Below, one piece after another: positions 57,461-64,000 of a DNA stretch of 64,000 nt. Under the pieces are notes generated by a model. The model did not search any database. It was not told the origin of the DNA and saw only the letters and a list, made by a program, of their open reading frames with translations. The stretch's first letter is position 1. The number at the start of each line of letters is the position of its first letter. A program made the translations under genes and the position numbers. The stretch is from the NCBI GenBank assembly GCA_038231435.1, contig JBBRLJ010000007.1, positions 61,139 through 125,138 on the forward strand, given 5' to 3'. Source of the stretch: Planctomycetota bacterium. Its GTDB lineage: Bacteria; Planctomycetota; UBA11346.

Positions 57461-58828
57461 ATGACCAGTCCGAACATCACATCCATGACCGTCCACCAGA
57501 CCAAGCGACCGATCATCGGCCATTGCTGGTACCGCTCGGCCAATCCATCGGGCGAAAACCTGGTGGTGGAACGCGAACTCGAACTGATGCGCTCGAGCGG
57601 AATCACGCCGGTCACGATGTTCCGGCGCTCCGACGACCTCCTCACCGCTTCGCGGATGACTCGGCTGCGCGCGGGACTCGGCATCCATGCTCCGCCGAAG
57701 CGCATCGCGCAGATGCGCCGCGAGATCGATGCGCTCCAGGGCGAGGTCCTGCACGTGCACAATCCCTGGCCGCTCTTGACCTACGGGGTATTCGAGGCGG
57801 CCAAGCAGCTGGGCCTGCCGACGGTGCAGACGCTGCACAACTTCAGGCTCATCTCCACCAACGACCACTTCCACGGAGCATCGGGTCCGACGCGCCCGCG
57901 CAGCGACGAGGACCGGACGCATCTGCATCGGCTCGCTGCGCAGCACGGCGGCCAGGTGGTCAATGCGTTCTACAATCGCGCGCTGCGCCTGTACTGGCGC
58001 CGCGGCGTTCCGCAGGCGTGCGTCGATGCCTATATCTGCCTGACCGAATTCCACCGCCGGATGCTGGCGTTGGCGGGCCTGCCCGATGAGCGTCTGGTGG
58101 TGAAACCGAACTTCCTCGACCACCATGGTCCGGTCGGCGTCGAACCAGGCGACTATGTGCTGTTCGTCGGCAGGTTGTCGGCCGAGAAGGGGGCGGACGT
58201 GCTGGTGCGCAGCTGGGCGGCTACCGGCCTGCCCCTGAAGATTGTCGGCGCCGGCCCGCTCGCCTCCATGGTGTCATCCATCGGCGGCGCGGAATACCTG
58301 GGACCGAAGTCGCAGGCCGAGGTGCTCGCGCTCATGGCCGGTGCGCGCTACCTGGTGATGAGCTCGACCGGATACGAGGGATTCCCGCTGGTCCTGGTCG
58401 AGGCGCTGGCGAGCGGCACTCCGGCCCTGGTGCCCGAGCTCGGCGGCATGCCAGACATCATCGAGGCGGACCGGCTCGGCGCGGTGTTCTCGCCCGGGAT
58501 CGCCGCCGATTTCGTCACCCAAGCCAAGGAGCTGTGGGAGAAGGCGCCGCGCATGCGCCGCGCCTGCCGCGCCGAATACGAGGCCCGCTACACCCCTGAG
58601 CGCAACCTGTCGATGCTGGGGCGCATCTATGACAACGTCCGCTGCGGCAGGCGCGCCGACGACGGGGTGTCCCGGTTCTTCGACCCGCCCAAGCGCGCGA
58701 GCAGCCGGCGCACCTCCGATGCCGGCGGCGTCAACGCCTTCGGGAGCGAGATTCCGTCCGTGGTCAGCGGGTCGAGCATTTCGCAGGGGTCCAGCCCCAG
58801 CAAATTGCAGGACGCAGCCGCACCCTAG
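57461..58828 (+). CDS. Glycosyltransferase family 4
   Basis: SGENLVV, HVHN, TLHNFRL, VGRLSAEKG, YEGFPLVLVEA. Confidence 0.9.
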   Translation: MTSPNITSMTVHQTKRPIIGHCWYRSANPSGENLVVERELELMRSSGITPVTMFRRSDDLLTASRMTRLRAGLGIHAPPKRIAQMRREIDALQGEVLHVHNPWPLLTYGVFEAAKQLGLPTVQTLHNFRLISTNDHFHGASGPTRPRSDEDRTHLHRLAAQHGGQVVNAFYNRALRLYWRRGVPQACVDAYICLTEFHRRMLALAGLPDERLVVKPNFLDHHGPVGVEPGDYVLFVGRLSAEKGADVLVRSWAATGLPLKIVGAGPLASMVSSIGGAEYLGPKSQAEVLALMAGARYLVMSSTGYEGFPLVLVEALASGTPALVPELGGMPDIIEADRLGAVFSPGIAADFVTQAKELWEKAPRMRRACRAEYEARYTPERNLSMLGRIYDNVRCGRRADDGVSRFFDPPKRASSRRTSDAGGVNAFGSEIPSVVSGSSISQGSSPSKLQDAAAP

Positions 58829-58913
58829 GCGCAAGCGCGCGCCTTGAGCCGCGCACGCGGCGCGGCGATGGAACGGCATGTGCTCTGGCAGGGGTAGCCA
58901 CGCAAGGAGCCCC

Positions 58914-59702
58914 ATGTCGACCGCAGCGCAGATGTTGACCGCCGATCGCCCGAAACTCACGCGCCGGATGGGCATCATCGTCGCACAGCCCTTCTGGCGC
59001 GGTGGCTACAGTGAGGCCTTGCGGACCCTGCTCGACAAAGCCGAATGCCGCACCGGCGGGGCCGCCTACTTCTGCAACGTCCACATGCTGATCGAGCGGC
59101 TGTCCCACCCGGCGCTCGATCGCGCCATGCGCCGCGCCGAGTGGGTCCTGCCCGACGGCAAGCCGATCGCGCTGGCGATGCGCCTATTCGGTTTCCGCCG
59201 CGCGCAGCGCGTGGCGGGCCTGGACGCGGTGCCCGATCTGTGCCGCATGGCGGCGGAACGCGGCCTGAAGGTGTACTTCTACGGCGGCACGCAGGCCACC
59301 ATCGATGCCCTCCAGGCGAAGCTGCGCGAGCAGCATCCGCTGCTGCGCATCGTTGGCGCGGTCAGCCCGCCGTTCCGCGCGCTCAGCGACGCCGAGGAGG
59401 CCGAGTCCATGGCCGCGATCGAGGCGAGCGGAGCCCATCTCTGCTTCGTCGGCCTCGGCTGTCCTAAGCAGGAGCTGTGGATCGCCCGCAACCGCGCCCG
59501 AACCGGCGCCGTCCTGCTGGGCGTAGGCGCGGCATTCAACACCGTCGCGGGAACGTTGTCACGCTCGCCTCGGTGGATGCAGGCCGCGGGACTCGAATGG
59601 GTCTACCGCCTGTGCCAGGAGCCGCGGCGGCTGTGGCGCCGCTACGCCGCGACCAATCCGGTATTCGTGAATCTGCTGCTGCGGAATCTGTGGAGCCGTT
59701 GA
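58914..59702 (+). CDS. WecB/TagA/CpsF-family glycosyltransferase (GT26)
   Basis: PDGKP, RVAGLD, SPPF, VGLGCPKQE, GVGAAF, GLEWVYRLCQEPRRLWRRY; AGGAG SD. Confidence 0.93.
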   Translation: MSTAAQMLTADRPKLTRRMGIIVAQPFWRGGYSEALRTLLDKAECRTGGAAYFCNVHMLIERLSHPALDRAMRRAEWVLPDGKPIALAMRLFGFRRAQRVAGLDAVPDLCRMAAERGLKVYFYGGTQATIDALQAKLREQHPLLRIVGAVSPPFRALSDAEEAESMAAIEASGAHLCFVGLGCPKQELWIARNRARTGAVLLGVGAAFNTVAGTLSRSPRWMQAAGLEWVYRLCQEPRRLWRRYAATNPVFVNLLLRNLWSR

Positions 59703-59889
59703 GACGACGAGGTCTTCCTGCATGTGGCCTCGCTGATCAGCCATGCGCCGCAGCGAAGCCTGGACATCGCCTGATGCATAAGGAAGGCGAGGTAGTTGCG
59801 ACGCGAATCATCTCGGCGGTTTATACTCCATCCTCCGCCCGGCCCGTTGGCCCGCGAAACGCTAGATCAGAAGGAATGGTTGGTCATCC

Positions 59890-61503
59890 ATGAGCTGCTC
59901 GTTGTCCATGACCTTCATCAGGAAGCAGATCTTCCGCGCCCTGGATCCCGTGGTGATCGCGCTGTCGCTGGTGGCCGCCGGCCTCGCCGTGAGCGGCGCA
60001 AGCCCGCAGGGCAACGAATGGCTGCCGATGTTCTTTCTCATCCCCACCACGCTCGCTGTGTTCAATCTGGGGAGCGGCTACGAGGTGCTGGGATCGCACC
60101 ACCTGTCGCAGTGGTGGCGCCAGGCCCTGATCGGGCTGGCGGGGGTGGTCGCGGTGTTCCTCGCCACTGCCTACGCGCTGGGCATCAGCGAGAAGTTTCC
60201 CCGCGATGTCATGCTCGCCTGGGTCCTCATCTCCGCCTTCATCCTGATCGCCTCGCGCGTCGCCGCCTACGCCGTGAGCATCCGCTTCCACCGCCAGGGC
60301 GTGGGCATCGATCGCGTGATCCTGGCCGGCATGCCCGGTCACTGCTTCGCGTTCCGCCGGCACCTCGAGTCCCATCCGGATCTCGGCATGCAGGTGGTGG
60401 CGCTCGCCAGCGACGAGTTCAAGACAGACTCGGAGGGCCATTCCCCCAATGGCCGGATGCTCGACCTGCCCGAGATGGTCGAGCGCCACAACGCCTCGCG
60501 GGTGATCGTGTGCGGCGATTTCACCGATCAGAAGATCGTCCTCGAGGTCATGAACCTGCTGCTCAAGCATCCGGTGACGGTGCAGTACGCCCCCGATTAC
60601 TCGACGGTCCCGATATTCACCTTCCGCGTCGGTGACTGCGCCGGACGGCCGCTGATGGATCTCTCGTCGAGCCCGCTCGACGAGACCTCGCTCGCCCTGA
60701 AGTGGATCGAGGACAAGGTGATAGGCGCGCTGATCCTGCTCATGATCACGCCGGTGTTGGCCGTGGTCGCTGCGCTGGTGAAGCTGACCAGCCGCGGTCC
60801 AGTGTTCTTCATCCAGGATCGGCACGGACTCAACGGCAAGCGGATCCGCGTATTCAAATTCCGCACCATGCACCACGCGGTGCCGATCGCAGTGCAGGGT
60901 TCCGATGGTGGTCCCGCGCTCGAGCCGAACGGCGCTGACGTCGTCAGTCCCGTCCCCAGGTCGACGAGCCGGCGCCACAAATCGCTGCGCCTCGAGGCTG
61001 CGGTGGCGATGGGCATGGAACGCTTCACCCATGAGATCGAACGGCTCGGTTCCCGGGGCGCGATGCTCCGGCCATCCTCGGTACTGGTCGCGCAGCGGCG
61101 GTACAGCGATCTCGCGCCCGACGATTTCGTCCAGGCGACGGCGAACGATCCGCGCATCACGCCCATCGGACGCTTCTTGCGCAAGACCAGCCTCGACGAG
61201 CTGCCACAGTTCTTCAACGTCATCAAGGGCGACATGTCGATCGTCGGCCCGCGCCCGCACGCCATCAAGCATAACCACCAGTTCGCGGCGTCGATCGGCG
61301 AGCTCATGCGCCGGCACTATGTAAAGCCAGGCATCACCGGCCTCGCCCAAATCAGCGGTGCGCGCGGCGAGACCCGCTCGGTCGAGGACATGCGCAAGCG
61401 CATCAGCCTCGACCTCGCCTATATCCGCAACTGGTCGCTGTGGCTCGACCTCAAGATCATCTTCATGACTGTCTTCAAGGGCTTCTACAACGCCCAGCCC
61501 TGA
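59890..61503 (+). CDS. wcaJ: Undecaprenyl-phosphate glucose phosphotransferase (WcaJ-like) with an internal insertion
   Basis: 4+1 TM helices; KFRTM...QATANDPRIT..LRKTSLDELPQ..GDMSIVGPRPHA..VKPGITGLAQ; start 59890 or 59908. Confidence 0.85.
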   Translation: MSCSLSMTFIRKQIFRALDPVVIALSLVAAGLAVSGASPQGNEWLPMFFLIPTTLAVFNLGSGYEVLGSHHLSQWWRQALIGLAGVVAVFLATAYALGISEKFPRDVMLAWVLISAFILIASRVAAYAVSIRFHRQGVGIDRVILAGMPGHCFAFRRHLESHPDLGMQVVALASDEFKTDSEGHSPNGRMLDLPEMVERHNASRVIVCGDFTDQKIVLEVMNLLLKHPVTVQYAPDYSTVPIFTFRVGDCAGRPLMDLSSSPLDETSLALKWIEDKVIGALILLMITPVLAVVAALVKLTSRGPVFFIQDRHGLNGKRIRVFKFRTMHHAVPIAVQGSDGGPALEPNGADVVSPVPRSTSRRHKSLRLEAAVAMGMERFTHEIERLGSRGAMLRPSSVLVAQRRYSDLAPDDFVQATANDPRITPIGRFLRKTSLDELPQFFNVIKGDMSIVGPRPHAIKHNHQFAASIGELMRRHYVKPGITGLAQISGARGETRSVEDMRKRISLDLAYIRNWSLWLDLKIIFMTVFKGFYNAQP

Positions 61504-61592
61504 TCCCGCCTCCCGCGGTCGATCTCACGATACACCTGCATCGTTTCCTTGCGGAATCGGCGAGCCGAGGTGCGAATACGCGCTCGCCCCGG

Positions 61593-61658
61593 CTCTCCCT
61601 CCTCCATGCTGCCTGGGGTGGGCCGGAGGCCGATATTGGGGGCGGCAGCCCCCCAACT
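61593..61658 (+). repeat. REP-like palindromic repeat (family A)
   Basis: CCTGGGGTGGGCCGGAGGCCGATATTGGGGGCGGCAGCCCCCCAACT aligns with 43440-43509. Confidence 0.75.
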
Positions 61659-61748
61659 AAAGGTTCACCGCATAGGCTGTTTACGTGCGAGCGCGGCATT
61701 CCTAGAGTGCGCTGACAAACACCATCTAGCGATACATCGAAGGACACC

Positions 61749-62840
61749 ATGACCAACAAGACAGCGCTGATCACCGGTATCACTGGACAGGACGGTTCCT
61801 ACCTCGCAGAGCTGCTGCTCGAGAAGGGCTACGATGTCCATGGCATCAAACGCCGCTCATCCAGCTTCAACACCGATCGTGTCGACCACCTGTACCAAGG
61901 TCCGCAGGCGGGCGACAAGCGCTTTCACCTGCACTACGGCGATCTCAGCGACGCCTCCAACCTCACGCGCATCGTCTCCGAGGTCCAGCCCGACGAGATC
62001 TACAACCTCGGCGCCATGAGCCACGTCGCGGTGTCCTTCGAGATGCCTGAATATTCCGGCGATGTCGACGGCATCGGTACGTTGCGGCTGCTCGAGGCGA
62101 TCCGCTTCCTCAAGCTCGAGAAGAAGACGCGCTTCTACCAGGCCTCCACCTCGGAACTCTACGGCAAGGTCCAGGAGATCCCGCAGAAGGAGACGACTCC
62201 GTTCTATCCGCGCTCACCGTACGCCGTCGCCAAGCTGTACGCGTATTGGATCGTGGTGAACTACCGCGAGGCCTACGGGCTGTACGCCTGCAACGGCATC
62301 CTCTTCAATCACGAGTCCCCGCGCCGTGGCGAGACCTTCGTTACGCGCAAGATCACGCGCGGCATCTCGCGCATCAAGCACGGCCTCGAGGAATGCCTGT
62401 TCATGGGCAACCTGGATTCGAAGCGCGACTGGGGCCACGCCAAGGATTACGTGCGCATGCAGTGGATGATGCTGCAGCAGGACAAGGCCGAGGACTTCGT
62501 CATCGCCACCGGTAAGCAGTACTCCGTCCGCACCTTCATCGAGATGTCGTGCAAGGAGGCCGGCCTGCAGATCAAGTGGAAGGGCAACGGCGTGCAGGAG
62601 GAAGGCATCGACGTAGCCACGGGCAAGCCCATCGTGAAGATCGATCCGCGCTACTTCCGCCCGGCCGAGGTCGAGACCCTGCTGGGCGATCCGTCGAAGG
62701 CCAAGCGCAAGCTCGGGTGGGAGCCGCAGATCGGCATCGAGGAGCTGTGCAGCGAGATGATGGCCGCCGATCTCGAGCAGGCGCGCCAGGACCAGGTAGT
62801 GCAGGGCCATGGGTTCAAGATCGCGGCGCACCACGAGTAA
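61749..62840 (+). CDS. gmd: GDP-mannose 4,6-dehydratase
   Basis: [47 protein letters not shown]. Confidence 0.98.
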   Translation: MTNKTALITGITGQDGSYLAELLLEKGYDVHGIKRRSSSFNTDRVDHLYQGPQAGDKRFHLHYGDLSDASNLTRIVSEVQPDEIYNLGAMSHVAVSFEMPEYSGDVDGIGTLRLLEAIRFLKLEKKTRFYQASTSELYGKVQEIPQKETTPFYPRSPYAVAKLYAYWIVVNYREAYGLYACNGILFNHESPRRGETFVTRKITRGISRIKHGLEECLFMGNLDSKRDWGHAKDYVRMQWMMLQQDKAEDFVIATGKQYSVRTFIEMSCKEAGLQIKWKGNGVQEEGIDVATGKPIVKIDPRYFRPAEVETLLGDPSKAKRKLGWEPQIGIEELCSEMMAADLEQARQDQVVQGHGFKIAAHHE

Positions 62841-62844
62841 CGAC

Positions 62845-63825
62845 ATGGACAAGAACTCCAAGATCTTCGTCGCGGGACACAACGGGCTGGTCGGATCGGC
62901 TATCGTGCGCGCGCTCAAGGCGCGCGGTTACGCGAACCTGCTGACGCGTTCGCACAAGGAGCTCGACCTGCTCCGTCAAGATCAAGTCGAGCGCTTCATC
63001 GCGCAGGAGAAGCCGGCGTACGTCTTCCTGGCGGCGGCGAAAGTCGGCGGCATCCACGCCAACGACACCTACCGCGCCGATTTCATCTGCGACAACCTGC
63101 TCATCGAGACCAACGTCATCCGCGCCGCGCACCAGAACCAGGTGCGCAAGCTGCTGTTCCTCGGATCGAGCTGCATCTATCCGCGCAATTGCCCGCAACC
63201 GATGAAGGAGGAGCACTTGCTTGGCGGCGCCCTCGAACAGACCAACGAGCCGTACGCGATCGCCAAGATCGCCGGCATCAAGTTGTGCGAGAGCTACAAC
63301 CGCCAGTACGGCACCAACTTCGTTTCGGTGATGCCGACCAATCTCTACGGCCCCGGCGACAATTACGATCTGCAGAACTCGCACGTGCTGCCCGCGCTGA
63401 TGCGCAAATTCCACGAGGCGAAATCGCCAGACGGAAAACATGACGCGGCGGTGCCGGTATGGGGCACCGGCAAGGCGCAGCGCGAATTCCTCTATGTCGA
63501 CGACAAGGCGGATGCCTGCGTGTTCGTGATGGAACACCTCGATGCCGGCCGCGTCCCCGGCGACCTCTACAACGTCGGCTCGGGCGCGGAGGTCTCGATC
63601 AGGCAGCTCGCCGAGCTGGTGCAGAATGCGGTGGGCCATCGCGGCGAAATCGTCTGGGACGCCTCCAAGCCAGATGGCACGCCGCGCAAGCTGCTCGACA
63701 CCACGCGTCTCTCCGCCCTGGGCTGGACCGCCAAGACCTCGCTCGCCGAGGGCCTGCGCAAGACCTACGAGCATTTCCTCGCAGTCGACAGCAAGTGTCT
63801 GAAATCTGCGGCCACCACCGGCTGA
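62845..63825 (+). CDS. fcl: GDP-L-fucose synthase
   Basis: [50 protein letters not shown]. Confidence 0.97.
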   Translation: MDKNSKIFVAGHNGLVGSAIVRALKARGYANLLTRSHKELDLLRQDQVERFIAQEKPAYVFLAAAKVGGIHANDTYRADFICDNLLIETNVIRAAHQNQVRKLLFLGSSCIYPRNCPQPMKEEHLLGGALEQTNEPYAIAKIAGIKLCESYNRQYGTNFVSVMPTNLYGPGDNYDLQNSHVLPALMRKFHEAKSPDGKHDAAVPVWGTGKAQREFLYVDDKADACVFVMEHLDAGRVPGDLYNVGSGAEVSIRQLAELVQNAVGHRGEIVWDASKPDGTPRKLLDTTRLSALGWTAKTSLAEGLRKTYEHFLAVDSKCLKSAATTG

Positions 63826-64000
63826 CTTCTTGTGCGGGGGCTTTGCCCCCGGCCCCCCCCGGCCTTTGTCGTCCTTCTTTTTGTCCGCCGGGCGGCCAAA
63901 AAGTTTGGTTCTTCACGGAATATCGGGAATCGAGCTCTAAGAGCGGGATAGAAAAGGACATCGGCGGCCAGGGCGGCAGGTTGTGGTTACCACGCCAACA

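Noticed and set aside
59786..59800. ops/JUMPStart-like GGCGAGGTAGTTG before wcaJ
   Set aside because: Does not match GGCGGTAG exactly; no surrounding JUMPStart similarity
60871..61131. Intein in WcaJ
   Set aside because: Too short; no C/S start or HN-C/S/T end

Overview
GC-rich bacterial chromosome segment. A PVC-superphylum origin, probably Planctomycetota, is inferred from the giant prepilin-like genes and the 'FPETRWSLI'-type ECF sigma paired with a Ser/Thr kinase. Contents in order: (1) a complete pstSCAB-phoU-phoB-phoR operon followed by a beta-barrel gene; (2) a five-gene cassette of very large type IV pilin/pseudopilin-like proteins in FimU-PilV-PilW-PilX-PilE order, preceded by a possible Met/Thr-rich leader peptide; (3) a serine hydrolase, and a MocR regulator divergent from an SDR/CoA-transferase/thiolase operon; (4) sugar-related genes (ketose 3-epimerase, GH1, GH78) and several orphan envelope proteins; (5) a convergent Ser/Thr kinase/ECF sigma pair beside an inverted REP-like doublet and a candidate ~230-nt structured ncRNA; (6) a Wzy-type exopolysaccharide locus (wzc, glycosyltransferases, wzy, WecG/TagA, WcaJ with a ~77-aa insert, gmd, fcl) containing a nucleotidyltransferase + TMP-kinase-like + APH-like kinase trio. 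No rRNA, tRNA, CRISPR array or transposase was seen. All calls come from reading motifs by eye; no database searches were run.
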